DNA of 64,000 nucleotides, from the NCBI RefSeq assembly GCF_009914755.1, contig NC_060937.1; one strand, given 5' to 3'. Of the stretch, positions 42,290 through 56,371 are shown piece after piece (position 1 is the stretch's first letter; the number at the start of each line of letters is the position of its first letter). Under the pieces are notes generated by a model. It made no database searches and was not told where the DNA came from. It saw nothing but the letters and a program-made list of their open reading frames with translations. The position numbers and the translations under genes are program-made. This DNA comes from the human T2T-CHM13v2.0 reference genome, Homo sapiens.

Positions 42290-42560
42290 CTCAATGCTCA
42301 TTTCAACAAAGTACACCTTGCTTGGAATGCCCTTCATTCCTTTCATCTATCAAAATCCTGTCCACTTATCAAGGCTGAGCTCAATATCTCTCTTCCATAA
42401 AATTCTCCCTGACTCTGACCGCCTTCAATTATTTCCTCCTTCTCTGAATTCTGATGGCAATTTTAGTGTCAATGATTTTGCTTAGGATTTCATCATAACT
42501 TCTTGTTTTCAACTTCTATTTTAATGGTGTGAACTGGTTTTACAAAATTATTTACTAAGT
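42290..42560 (+). mobile_element. L2 fragment
   Basis: TGCTTGGAATGCCCTTC...TCAAGGCTGAGCTCAATATC...AAAATTCTCCCTGAC. Confidence 0.55.
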
Positions 42561-42621
42561 CTTTCTATTTGGCAGTACATGCAAAATCCTAGGAGCTTCT
42601 CCAGTCTGAAAACACTCATCT

Positions 42622-43070
42622 TTTATAGGTTAAATTATTTGGAAGACAAACTTGGAGACAGATATTATTATGCAAAATATTTACTACGAAAATGTTTATC
42701 TTTGGGTAAACATCTGTGGACAGGGGATAAAGAATAACTGGGGAGAAAAATAAGTTAGGCTGCACTTTATCTTCACAATCATCTCAAATGACCCAACAGA
42801 GAGCTCTGAAACTGGGATGGCTCTTCAGAAGCATCCTACATTGGAACAAGGGAGGCAGGTCTTTACATATCTCACCAAGCACTCAGTAGCTTACCTCATT
42901 AGAGGTAAGCTGTCTAGGGAAGGAGGGTGAGGCAACTCTGTCTAATCAAGGGTAATATATAAATATAAATGAAAATGGAAAGATGTCTGCTGGAAGTCCC
43001 AGCAACTGGAAAATTAAGTCTTTTTTATTTTGAATAGAGGTTTAGGTGGCATATCCCAGTATCCACTACA
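42622..43070 (-). mobile_element. LTR33-like ERVL LTR
   Basis: GAGAGCTCTGAAACTGGGATGGCTCTTCAGA...GGTGGCATATCCCAGTATCCACTACA. Confidence 0.65.
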
Positions 43071-44539
43071 CATCCTTAAATGAAAACTGGTCAGGGGTAC
43101 AACTCAAATACATTAATATCTACATTAACAAAGATGCAATATGGTGCTATAGAAAACTATACCCAAACAAATAAAGAATGTGAAATGCATCTATATTTGT
43201 GCTTCTATGCAAAGCAAAACAATGCTACAGGATTATTCTGTCTTCAGAGTTTCCCAAGAGGTTGTGTGAGTCCTCTGTCAAGACTGCATTGCAGACCAAC
43301 TTTTCAATCTGACCAGGTCTGCCTTCTTTTTTTCTGTAGCATTCTTGTTTTCCAAAGAGCATGCCTCCTGATAAAATTCCTGCTTGGTAACATATATTTC
43401 AATATTTAATTTAAGAGCATATATACACGGTCCCTGGTGTTAGTAAATGCAAATATGACTTTGTTTCTTCTTTTGAACTTTCTGGAGCACTTGGGCATCT
43501 AGAACAACTGCTTCAAAATAGCAAAGAAGTTACTGAATCTAATATTACCACATGGAATAAAAGAGCTCACTATACCATTTATTGTAAGGTATATTTAATA
43601 GATAAATAGACTTTGGACTGAAAAGCCTTTCCTTAATGTGATGTCAGCTTCTATTCACAGGATAGTAGGAGGCCACAACCACATGGTAACTGCTTGTAGC
43701 GTATAAAATGGCTAATCAGTGTTACTTTAATGAAATCTCAAGACCCAGTGATAAACTGCAGGTGGGAGCATCAGTGAAGATCTGAGATTATAAGGTGGTA
43801 TAGAGCAGCAATGCATTATGAGAGGGGTATGTTGCAAATAGTACATATGAGGAATGAAAGTAAGTAGTTATCAGAAATCAGAGGAATTTAGGAGAGACGA
43901 ACTCTTAGAGAATAATTTAGTAGTGACGAGGGGCATTTCATCATTGGAAAGGAAAGAATGGATAAAAGGATTGGGGACATAAGGGATATGAGAAATTAGT
44001 CTTAAAACTTCACAGATATTAAATTAAAATGCAAAATAGCAAATATAGGTAATGTAACGATATTTTTCATGTTAGTTTTACAAGTGTGTGTACGCATGTG
44101 TTTTCTATGGATTGTAGGAAAATAACCATAATCTGGTAAAAAGCAAGCAACATCAATACTAACTATTCAGTATGTACCAAATAATTCATTACATATCTAG
44201 TATTCAACAAAATAATATCTAATACAAAAAGTTTTCACTAAGTGTCTGCTATCAGCCAGTAAGTGTTCTTGAGGCTGAGGCTAAATAATGAACAAAACAG
44301 GAAAAATTTCCTGTCCTTCTGATTATTTACATTCTAATAAATAAGTAATCACATTCTTAGAGATCTTCTTTCCAATCATTTTCTAATATTTCCTCACATA
44401 TAGGAAAGGCTAATATATTAAAAACTGATACCAAACTCCATCTTGCTAGGATTCTAGGTGAAAACTAATGTGTACCTGTTAGATAAACTCATATGTGATT
44501 TGAAATTAGAAATAGAATAGAAGCCATCTTCTACCCTTC

Positions 44540-44962
44540 TTTCAAAGTGGGCACACCTATGTAAACATACCTCTAAAATCCGAAGAAGCTAAGAGGCCAA
44601 AGAAAGACACTGACAAATCCAGTTTCTCAAAAGCAAATGTTTAATAGAGACTTAGAAACAGAAGCCATGTCTGTGTCTCAGGCAGGGGTGAGACAAGATG
44701 ATGTATCCCTGCACCATTACCCTCTAGACCCAGAGCTTATATGCCATAGTAGAGGGGTGGTTCCGAAGGGATTTGTAGGACAATTGAAGCACAATAACAT
44801 CAAGGCTGTTTTAACCTAAGGCCCGTATTTATGGTAAGTATGTGCTCTTACACAAGGAACAATAGATAAAGTGGAAATCTTAAAGGTTTTCCTGGAATTG
44901 GGATTAGTCGGAAGTCAACATGGAGGAATACCATCAAAGATGGACTTGCTTTGGCCTCCACA
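44540..44962 (-). mobile_element. ERV1-class solo LTR (MER93-like), inside an older LTR50-like remnant (approx. 44430-45330)
   Basis: Minus strand starts TGTGGAGGCCAAAGCAAGTCCATCTT...CATGTTGACTTC and includes GAGAAACTGGATTTGTCAG. Subfamily uncertain. Confidence 0.6.
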
Positions 44963-46019
44963 TTCCTTTATTAACTGGTTTCCTGCTGGCAAGCTTGTCG
45001 ATGAAATTTTTCCTACAGAATTTTGGCTCAAAAATGGATGCTGAGGAGCAATTGTGGCAGCAGAAGAATGAAGGATTCTTGATTCTATGTTTGTGAATAC
45101 ATATAAAGGTATATGTTCTTGTACTCAAGACTTGTGTTGCAATTTCGTGGGTAGTAGATTACTAGTGATTCTGTTGTTTTAATTTTTCTAGTACTCATTC
45201 TAGACTTACAGTTTTGGCTGATCCTACAGACATTTCAACAATTTTGTTAGTATTTAATCATCTACATAAAAGTCCTTCTTATTCAAAATACCTAAAGTAA
45301 TTCCTGTTTCTCTCACTGTACTCATACTGCTAGTTCAAGTACAACATTGTCCTATCACTCAAGATGTTTATAATTTAAAAAAATCAGTTAGCATATACAT
45401 CTTATTAGAGGTTGGTTATATTCTTATATTCTCTTTCTAATTCATTAATTTTATCAGACTGGACAAATCTACAGGAGAGTAAAATTAATCCAAACACATA
45501 GAAATAATACTCTGGTTTGCTTTGCTAGATAAATGCAAACAACATCTTTTGCATTATAACTAGACTCAGTTATTTTCAGTAATAATGAAATAATCCTGAA
45601 CAATTCCTTTCCTATTAGCAGTGGACTTCCAGTGCAGTCAAATAATACAGCTTTTCCCAAAGTCCTCAGTATGACTCCTATTGAGTACAAGACATAGTAT
45701 TTGCTTCCATTCTATGATAATAAACCCAGAGACAACTTTCATATCTGACCCTAAGGAAGAAGATGTGCTTACATTAGAGAATAACGTTCTACTTCTCTCT
45801 TTCTTGTATAGAAGCAGTAGATATGACAGCTGCCATATATAAAGTCTCATAATTTCAGGATTCCTCTTCTTTTGTGAAAACTTATGTTTTTGCTTAACAA
45901 GGATGTTCAGCTTCCTAGCATTTTGTACTTAATTCTTGATACTTAATATTTGACTACTAAGCCAATACTATTTTGTATGTATGTAATGCATGAATGCATT
46001 CTAGGTTTTGTCACATGTG

Positions 46020-46450
46020 TCCTGGTTAGTTAGGAAATATGTTTGACAGCAGGGAAACAATTCCCAAAGCACACTACCTTAAGCAAGATAAAAGCTCATG
46101 TAAAATTCTAGAAGTAGGCTGTCCGGGCCTGCTATGGCAATGTTCAGTCTTCATGCACCCATCATGATTAAAGATGGAACTGTGGCCATCACATCCATAT
46201 TCAAAGCAACAGAATGAAGAAAATGGTAGAAGAAGAGGGCCTGCAGTCCCCAGTTAAAGACAGATGCCATAAGAGGCTACTTCTGCTTATATGCCACTAG
46301 CCAAATTTTAGGTACATGGCCAGACCTAGCTGTAAGAGAGACTAGGAAATACTGTCTTTATACTGAGTGATCATATGTCTAGATAGATATCTATTGCTGA
46401 GAAATGAGGGGAGAATGCTTATTAGTGAGACATTAACAGTATCTGCTCTA
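46020..46450 (-). mobile_element. MLT1J-like MaLR LTR
   Basis: GCCATCACATCCATATTC...ACTTCTGCTTATAT...CATGGCCAGACCTAGCTGTAAGAGAGACTAGGAAATA. Confidence 0.7.
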
Positions 46451-46454
46451 CCTT

Positions 46455-48350
46455 ATGAAAGAGATAATTCTGATCTTGTAAAAACTCTATAAACTACAAC
46501 ATGATTCATTTTTTTTAGGCTAGTATAAATTTTTACAACCAAAAACAGGCATGGACAAAATAAGAAAATATAATACAGACCAATCTAGTAAAATGCTCAA
46601 ATTAAAAAATGCTAAATAAAATACTAACACACACACACACACACACATACCAGCAGTGTGCTTACTTTTGGAATTTTCATTAGAGGTCGTTCATCCAGAG
46701 AAAAGAGAACATTTCTTAATATAAAAGATGGCTTTAATAGATGAAAGAACAAAAAATATATATATGGTAATTTTCACAGGTAGAAAAAAACACATTAACA
46801 AAAATTGAAGGGGTGTTTAGTCAATCATTCAACATCTATATATTTGAGACTTACTATGTGTCAGGTAGTCACAATTTCAGGAACTGGGGATATGATGATA
46901 ACTTTTTTAAAAAAAACCTTGCTCTTATAAAGCATAAATTCCAGCAAAAATATCTCTTCAGAAATTAATTATAAAGGAAAATTGCTTAACCTGAAAAAGG
47001 GTATCTATCAAAAGCAGGTTAGTTATAATACTTGATGGTGACACTTTACAAGCTTTCTCAGCAAAGGTATAAATAAGTATGAACGCTTTATATCACTGCT
47101 ATTTTACACATTCTTTGAGAGGCCCTGGTAATTACAATAAGGAAAAAATGACTTGGAGATAGAACGTTCAGAAAAAAACAGATTAAAGACCCTTGTCATC
47201 TTATGAAATTGAGACAGAAGATTTCTATGGGAAAACTAAAACAACATGATTGTCTCTAAATATTTTCAAATAAAATTTACTACATAGCATGAACAAATGA
47301 GCACCTCAAAAAAGTCCTTTCAAGTTATTCAAGATATAATGCACTATTTAGAATGTGATACTAATACGATGGAGACTTTTTATGAAAAAATTACTTTAGA
47401 TTTTTTCCTTATACAAATAAAAACTAATAATCTTAAATAAGAAGGTCAAATCTTTGAAACTAATAAAAAGTAAGGAAGACTACATTATGCCTTTAATAAA
47501 AGGGTAGAAAAAAGCACAACTAATTTAACTGAGAAAAAATTAACTTGAATGTACTAATTTTAATTTTTTTTCACAAAATATCACCATCAATGAAGTGAAA
47601 TTACAAGTCTCAGAATCAGACAACTTGTTTTTACCACATATTCAATGTCAACAAAGAAATAAAAAAGCAAACAATTCAACATATTAATTACCAAAAAAAT
47701 AAAATTTACTCAAAACATAGAGCTTTATATAATATACGTTCAGTTCTGTAAATAATTAGTAAAATGCAAACCAAAATAATCTTGAGTAATCATTTAACAA
47801 ACTTCAGATTAGCAATCTTTATAAAGTGTGTTATAAATTAAAGTATTTGAGATACGATTGAATAATTCTGGTGGAATTCAGAATTTGTAAAAATTTCTTG
47901 GATAGAAAAGTGGAAGCTGATGTTGACCCTAGTATTCACTTCTGAGCCAGGACCCTAGAAAAATCCTCACTCATCTGCCCAGACAAACGTATATAGGTAT
48001 GACCATTGGAGCCTTGTTTGCAAAATCAAAAGTTACAACTAACTTAGTTACTACAAGTAAATTGATGAATAAAGCGGATATTTTACAATAACTCATATAT
48101 AAAATTTAAGTGATTTACAAAGTATCAGAATAAATACATATCAAAAGCATGATATTGAAAGAAAAATTATACTGTGGAATGATAAGTATTCTCCAAAATA
48201 CAGTGCATTCTTTTTAAAAATATTCTTATGTAGAAATAGTATGAAAACATGCAAACATACTAAATATTAAATATACTATAATGATTAGATGAAGAAAGAA
48301 AAGAGAAGAGAATAATGTTTGATTGCTTGTATTGTCTTGAAGTATTAACA
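46455..48350 (+). mobile_element. Very old L1 (L1ME-like) ORF2/3' remnants with an L2 piece near 46820-46945 and (CA)n at 46627-46648
   Basis: A-rich L1-like text: TACAGACCAATCT, AATTGCTTAACCTGAAAAAGGGTATCTA, AAAATGCAAACCAAAATAA, TGACCCTAGTATTCACTTCTG. Confidence 0.55.
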
Positions 48351-49184
48351 AAACTAGAAAAGAAAATATTGGATATCCTGGTTATTTTCCCTCCCTTTGA
48401 AGGTTATTTTAATGAAGATGATTTCAGCAGAAAACAATAATTACAGTTTTAAGATAGCCAATTAGTTACTATGCATTTACTGTGAGGTAAAGGTCTCTAA
48501 AAGCAATAAACACTTGCTTCCAGTTAATTTTAAAGCCCTTTGGTTCATTGTTACTATTTAATTTCCAAAGTAATTTCCATGCTAATTAAAACCTTTAGTA
48601 CCTGCACTGAAGGATCCTATCAAAAGCAACTTAATTTTTTATGAATCTGAAAAATACATCTAGCCTTTGAAAATTTGAAGTAATGAAATGTGGTAACAGG
48701 GAAAGTGTTGCATTACAGGGTTGAGAATGGTGCTCTCATAAGCCACAAGCCACTTCCTCACTTAACCTTTCCCCTCAGGTACAATTAATTATTAAAAATT
48801 TATTGAACAACATGTAAATTTAGAAGAGCAAATGTTTGCAAGTAAGTCTTCATTCTCTATTCTTATTTTCCACATAATTTCGAGCCTTTATAAAAGGACA
48901 TTTTTATGGTCGGCTACAGTCTCCATATTGAAAAGAGGTGAAAAGATTTGTATCTGAAACTATTCATTCAATAGTTTTGAGCACCTAATAGATGTAAATA
49001 TAGTGCTGCAATTTGAGGCTACAAACAGGTGAAAACGTGTGTTTCCTGCCTTCAGGAGTTCAATTAAGTTTAATTTTTTAGTTGACGATAATATTAGAAT
49101 AATCAAATAAATGTATGTATTAGAAAATAATCTATTCTGTGACTACTACATCAAGAGCATCCAATATAGCCAATGTAACATTGT

Positions 49185-49380
49185 GATTAAAATTGTCAGT
49201 GCTGGACTCTGCTGCACACTACCTATGTGACCTTGAAAAATTATGTAACTTCTTTAAACCTTGATTTCCTCATTGGTAAATAAAACTAATAATATTTCAT
49301 TGAATTGTTGTTAGGAAGAAATTGCATTACTGCACATAGTGAAATGTTTGAAACCAGGGTGACTTTGCTAATTATGTTGT
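49185..49380 (+). mobile_element. MIR fragment
   Basis: CTACCTATGTGACCTTGAAAAATTATGTAACTTCTTTAAACCTTGATTTCCTCATTGGTAAA. Confidence 0.65.
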
Positions 49381-50054
49381 TATTAGGTTCTCACTCCAAA
49401 ATTTTATGATGCCAGCAAAACTACTTAATAAACTGATTGTTTTCCATGCAGCACATTATAGATTGACTATTGAAATGAAAGCTCAGTTTGGAAATAAATT
49501 AATTACCTTTAATTGTGAACAAAATGCTCAGTTAATATATGTAACTTATGTTCACAATGTGATCCTTATGAATGAAATGCATTTTGAATTAATAATAGAA
49601 TAAAGCCAACTCTGAGCCAACTTCATTTTTGAAATATTTTGTGCAATATATGTCACATATATGGACACATTTGGTTCTGGATTTTTATGTTGAAATAAAA
49701 GAAGATCAAAAAAGTAAATAATATAGAGAAATGATCCTTTTAAGGTGCTCTACAGAAGGTGTATAGTTGAATTTTGACAAAAATAATATGAATTATAGGC
49801 ACAAACATTTGTGTTGATAAAATCCTTGATTAACCATCTTGAGTCAATAGCATATGAGCATTTATATAAGATAATAAAATAAGAAAAAATACCTGAATAA
49901 AAGTAGTAATGAAGTTATAAATCACTGAAAGACAAGAAAAGATTCTCAAACTGTGAGATAGAATATTCATTGCTAAGAATATCATGAATTTTAGAAGAGG
50001 AGATCATCCAAATGTCTCTGCTATACAGTATTCTGTACACTCTTTTATGTAATA

Positions 50055-50385
50055 CAGTAGTTCCCCCTTATTCATACAGGATATGTTTCAAAACCCCCAC
50101 TAGATGCCTGAAACCACAAAAAGTACCAAATCATGTAAATGATATGTATTTTCCTATACATACATACTGTGTAGAGTGATACACAGTATGTATGCTGGGC
50201 AGAGCGATGGTTCAGATCCCAGGCAGGAAGGAGATGGATAGCAAAAGATTTTATCACACTACTCAGAATTGTGCTTAATTTAAAACTTTTAAAATATTCA
50301 TATCTGGAATTTTTCATTTAATATTTCTGAACCATGGTTGGCCACAGGCAGCTGAAACTGCAAAAAAGATGAGAGGAAACTACAG
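50055..50385 (+). mobile_element. Tigger3a/MER7-like MITE
   Basis: TA-CAGTAGTTCCCCCTTATTC...GATGCCTGAAACC...TCACACTACTCAGAA...AACTACAG-TA, with TA TSDs. Confidence 0.85.
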
Positions 50386-50407
50386 TACTTACATCTGCTT
50401 TTCAAAT

Positions 50408-50750
<343 letters not shown>

Positions 50751-51895
50751 ATAGCTGCCCTTATAAATCCCAAAGACATGGGCAGTGTAGACATACCTAC
50801 AAGGTTTTGTGAATTTAGTTCCAGACAAATGAAATAAAGATAATCATACAATTTGTTTTGGTTTCCAAGTGTATATAAAAGTTATGTTTAAAGTATACTA
50901 TAATCTAAGTGTGCAATAGCATTATATCTAAAAAAGAATGTACATACCTTAATTTAAAAATACTTTGCCAAAAAATGCTAACAATTGCATGAGCCTTCAG
51001 CAAGTCATAATCTTTTTGCTGGTGGAATGTCTTACTCTGATGTTGAGGGCTGCTGATTGAACAGCGTTGTTGTTGCTAAAGATTGGGATGGCTGCAGCAT
51101 TTTCTCAGAATAAGACAACAATGAATTTTGTGCATAGATTGACTCTTCCTTTCCTGAAATATTTCTCTGTATCATGTGATGCTGATTGATAAGATTTTAC
51201 GCACAGTAGAATTTCTTTCAAAATTGGAGTCAGTCCTCTCAAACCTTGCTGCTGCTTTATCAGCTTAGTTTACATAATCTTCTATAACCTTTGTTGTTGT
51301 TATTTCAACAAATGTTCACAGCATTTTTTTACCAGGAGCAGTTTTTACCTCAAGAAACCACTTTCTTTGCTCATCCATAAGAAGCAACTCCTCATCCATT
51401 AAAGTTTTATCACGAGAATGCAGCAATTCAGTCACATCTTCAGGATGCACCTTAAATTCTCTATTTTCAGAACCTGTGCAGTTACTTTCCACATTGATGT
51501 CTTTAACCTCCTAAAGTCATATGTGAGGACTGGAATCAACTCCTTCCAAATTCCTGTTACTGTTAATATTTTGATCTCCCCTCTTTAAACACAAATGTTC
51601 CTAATAACATCTAGAATGATGAATCCTTTTCAGAAGGTTTTTAATTTATTTTGCCTAGATCCATCAAAGGAATCATTATTTATGCCAGTTCTAACCTTAC
51701 AAAATATATTTCTTAAATAATAAGACTTGAAAATCAAATTTCTCCTTGATCCCTGGGATGCAGAATGGACATTGTGTCAGCAGGCATGAAAATGACATTA
51801 ATCTCCTTGAATATCTCTACTAGAGATCTTGGGTGAACAGGTGCATTGTCAATAAGAAATAACATTTTGAAGGGAATCATTTTGCTGAGCAGTAG

Positions 51896-52491
51896 TGTTA
51901 CAGGACAAACAGATTTGTATGGCTGCTGCTCTGTAACAGACCACTACACTGAGACAGCAAAGTTTGCAGCAGTGAAAGAATTTACGTTCACAGGGCAGCT
52001 GAGTGAGGAGATACAAGGAGACCACCAAATTCATCTCCCTGAGGAGTTCTGGACTGGGGTTTTATGGGGATTGTGGTGGGCAAGGGGATGTAAAATTTGG
52101 GTCATTGACTGGTCAGGCTAAGAGGGCTGAAATCATCAGGATATGAAAATTCTTTGCATTCTTTGATGAGTCAACTGCTGGCAGGATCCTTCAGACCAGC
52201 TGACATCAGTAGTTTCATCATGATGCAAGGCCTGAAAGACTATCTCGCATGGAAAACATAAGTTTCACAATGTTCAAGTTGTCATCTATAGAACAGTTTA
52301 GGGGATCCATAATCTTGTGGCAGGGTTTATGCAATTCCGGGGCAATAATGAATGAACAACTACAAGGAAGCAGGTCAAAGAGCAAGTTGACCTACTAATT
52401 AATGCTCAATGTGCTGTGAACTTGGTTAGTTTTTGTTTCCCTCTTCCCTTTTTCTCTGATTAATTTTCTCAAGTTTATAACAATGATTTCA
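51896..52491 (-). mobile_element. LTR26-like ERV1 solo LTR in Tigger1
   Basis: Minus strand starts TGAAATCATTGTTATAAACTTGAGAAAATTAATCAG. TG...CA ends. 4-bp TSD GTAG (51892-51895, 52492-52495). Confidence 0.82.
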
Positions 52492-53420
52492 GTAGGTTTC
52501 AATATTCTGCTTAAAATATCCAGTAAAAAATGCTGTAAACAGATGTGCTGTCATCCAGGCTTTGTTGTTGCATCTAAAGAACACAGACAGAGTAGATTTA
52601 GCATAGTTCTTAAGGGTCCAATAATTTTTAGAATGGTAAATGACCATTGGCTTCAACGTAAAGTCAGTAGCTGTCTTAGCCCTTAACAAAAGGGTCAGTC
52701 AGTTTTTGAAGCTTTGAAGCCAGGCATTGGCTTCTCCTTGCAAGCTATGAATGTCCCAATGGCATCTTTTTCTAATACAAGTCTGTTTAATCTACCCTGA
52801 ACATATGATGTTATTGTTGTTGTTATTTTATAGTGTAGCCACCTTCATCAGTTATGTTGGCTACATCTTCTGGATAACTCTACTTTTATGTTATGGAGAT
52901 GACTTCTTTTCTTAAACATTATTAACCAGCCTCTATTATCTTTGAACTTTTCTTCTTCAGCCTTCTCTTTTTTCTCAGCCTTCTTTTTGCTTTGGCTTCA
53001 CGAATGATGTGGCCACTTTGGTTTTCTATCCTGACCAGTAAAACTTCCTTCATATCAGCAAAAAGGCTGTTTCCCTTTATCATTTGTGTGTTCATGGGAG
53101 AAGCATTTTTAATTTACTTTAAGAGCTTTTTCTTGCATTGAAAACATGGTTAACTCTTTGGAGCAAGAGGCTTAGTTTTGAACCTGTCTTGGCTTTCAAC
53201 ATGCCTTCCTCACTAAACTTAATCATTTTTAGCTTTTGATATTAAGTGAGAAACATGAGAATCGTCCATTCACTTGAACACTTAGAGGTCACTGTTGTAT
53301 CTAATTTCAGTATTGTTGTGTCTCAGGAAACAGGAAGTCCTGAGGATAGGGAAAGAGATGAAGGAATGGCCAATAGGTAGGGCAGTCAGAACATACAAAA
53401 AATTTATGAAGTTCACCATC

Positions 53421-55712
53421 TGTATTAGCCTCATGCTGCTAATAAAGGCATACCTGAGACTGGGTAACTTATAAAGGAAAGAGGTTTAATTGACTCACAG
53501 TTCAGCATGGCTAGAGAGGCCTCAGGAAACATACAATCATGGTAAAAGGGGAAGCAAACAAGGAGAAGTCCAGAGCAAAGCAGGGCAAAAGCACCTTATG
53601 AAACCTTCAGATCTCACGAGAACTTACTATCATAAGAACAGCATGGTGGTAACTGCCTCCTTGGAGGTAACCCCCCACCAGGTCCCTCCCACAACACATG
53701 AGGTTTATGAGAACTACAGTTCAAGATGAGATTTGGGTGGGGATACACCCGACCCATATCATTCTGTCCCTGGGCCCTCCCAAATCTCTTGTCCTCACAA
53801 CTCAAAACACAATCATGCCCTTCCAACAGCCCCCAACATTTTAACTCATTCCAGCTTTAACTCAAAAGTCCAACTCCTAAGTCTCAACTGAAACAAGGCA
53901 AATCCCTTCCACCTATGAGCCTGTAAAGTCAAGAGCAAGTTAGTTACTTCCTAGATACAATGAGGGTACAAGCATTGGGTAAATACACCCATTCAAAATG
54001 GGAGAAATTGGCCAAAACCAAGGGCTTACAGGCCCCAGGCAAGACCAAAATCCAATAGAGCAGTCATTAAACTTTAAGGTTTCAAAATGATCTCCTTTAA
54101 CTCCATGTCTCACATCCAGGTCACATTGATGCAAGAGGAGGGCTCCCACAGCCTTGGGCAGCTCTGCCCCTGTGACTTTGCAAGGTACAGCCTCACTCCC
54201 AGCTGCTTTCATGGGCTAGCGTTGAGTGTCTGTGGCTTTTCCAGGCACACAGTGAAAGCTATTGATGGATCTACCATTCTGAGATTTGGAGGATAGTGGC
54301 CCTCTCCTCACAGCTCTACTAGGCAGTGTCCCAGTGGAGACTCTGTTTGGGGGCTCCAACCCCACATTTCCCTTCTGCACTGTCCTAGCAGAGGTTATCC
54401 ATGAAGGCTGTGCCCCTGCAGCACACCTCTGCCTAGACTTTTAGGTGTTTCCATACATCCTCTGAAATCTAGGCAGAGGTTTCTAAATCTCAATTCTTGT
54501 ACATCACATGGAAGCTGCCAAGGCTTGGGGCTTGCACCCTATGAAGCCATGGCCCCAACTATACTTTGGTCCCTGTTAGCGATGGCTGGAGTGGCTGGGA
54601 CACAGGGCATCAAGTCCCTAGGCCACAAACAGCAGGGGCACTCTAGGCCCAGCCCATGAAACAATTTATTCCTCCTAGGCCTCTATGCCTGTCAAGGGAG
54701 GGGCTGCTGCAAAGGTCTCTGATATGCCCTGAAGACATTTTCTTCATTGTCTTGGTGATTAATATTTGACTTCTTTTTACTTATGCGATTTTCTGCAGCA
54801 GCCTTGAATTTCTCCTCAGAAAATGCATTTTTCTTTTTTATTGCATCACCAGTTTGCAAATTTTCCAAACTTTTATGCTCTGTTTCCTCTTGAATGCCTT
54901 GTCATTTAGAAATTTATTCCACTAGATACCTTATATCATCTCTCTCAAGTTCAAGGTTCCACAGTTCTCTAAGGTAGGGACAAAATGCCACCAGTCTCTT
55001 TGCTAAAGCATAACAAATGTCACCTTTGCTCTAGTTCCCAGCAAGTTCCTCATCTCCATCTGAGACCACCTCAGCTTGAATTTCATGGTCCATAGCACTA
55101 CCAGCATTTTGGTCAAAACTGTTCAACAAGTCTCTAGGAAGTTGCAAACTTTCTCACATCTTCTTGTCTTCTGAGCCCTCCCAGTCTCTAGGAAGTTCCA
55201 AACTTTCCCACATTTTTCTGTCTTCTTCTGAGTCCTCCAAACTGTTCCAGCCTCTGCCTGTTGCCCAGTTCCAAAGCTGCTTCTACATTTTCAGGTATCT
55301 TTACAGCAGTGCCCCACTACTTGGTAGCAATTTACTGTATTAGTGTGTTCTCATGCTGCTAATAAAGACATACCTGAGACTGGGTAACTTATAAAGGAAA
55401 GAGGTTTAATTGACTCAATGGTCAGCATGGCTGTAGAGGCCTCAGGAAACTTACAATCATGGTGGAAAGGGAAGCAAACACATTCTTCTTCACATAGCGG
55501 CAGGCAGGAGAAGTGCAGAGTGAAGTGGGGGAAAAGATCCTTATAAAACCATCAGATCTCCTGAAAACTCACTCACTATCATGTGAATAGCACAGAGGTA
55601 ACCACCCCCATGATTTGATTACCTCCCACTAGGTCTCTCCCATGACACATGGGGATTATGGGAACTACAGTTCAAGATGAGATTTGGAAGGGGACACAGC
55701 CAAACCATATCA
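53421..55712 (-). mobile_element. Complete THE1D-like MaLR provirus (LTR 53421-53761, internal 53762-55335, LTR 55336-55712)
   Basis: Two homologous LTRs TGTATTAG...CCATATCA around a typical THE1-int (CCCAAATCTC..., GTTAGTTACTTCCTAGATACAATG...). TSD CCATC / CTATC. Confidence 0.93.
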
Positions 55713-56371
55713 CTATCTTATATGGGTATGGATTGTGGCACCCCAAAACAAGTATAATAGTAGTATCAAAGTATTTTTATATCTGTTACCAATCACCATA
55801 TCAGATATAAAAATAGTGAAGAGGTTTGAAATATTGCAAAGGTTACCAAAGGTGACATGGAGACAAAAAGTAAGCACATGCTGTTTTTTTAAAAAAATGG
55901 TACCAATAGACTGGCTTGACACAGGTTTGTCATAAGACTTTGATTTGTTAAAAATGAAGTATGTGTGAAGAATAATAAAACTCAGCACAATAAAACAAGA
56001 TGTGCCTGTATATTTGTGTATTTAACCATTTGTGATTTTAATAAATGCTTTTAAATGTCCACTTGGTGCCTGACACTCTGATTAAAGACTTAATGTGTTC
56101 TTAGAGTTTTGAAAAATATTATAGAACTGCTAGAGTTCTGGTAGCTACCCAGAAAATATTTGTGACTTACCAACAAATGAATGACGGTTATGTGTGCTAG
56201 GTTTATGCTGGGAGAAAAAAATTCCCAACACATTAGATAAATTAGTCAAAATTGGTTTAGAGTAGAAAGTTGAAAAATAAATAATAGTAACTAAATTACA
56301 CCAGTTAAAACATAAATTCTTTTAAAAATCATAAAATATAAAATACTATACATGTTAAAAAGGCCAAATAC

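Larger units (their letters stand above)
50788..56008 (-). mobile_element. Tigger1 DNA transposon, near full length, with two nested LTR insertions
   Basis: TIR-like ends (TAGACATACCT at 50788; AGATGTGCCTG-TA at 56008). ORF 52489-52689 [14 protein letters not shown]...KNYAKSTL...[12 protein letters not shown] matches the Tigger1/TIGD1-type DDE transposase. About 2.3 kb remains after removing inserts. Confidence 0.92.

Noticed and set aside
52489-52689. TIGD1-like transposase peptide as a functional gene
   Set aside because: Only a 66-aa remnant. The Tigger1 ORF is cut by an LTR and surrounded by stops and frameshifts.
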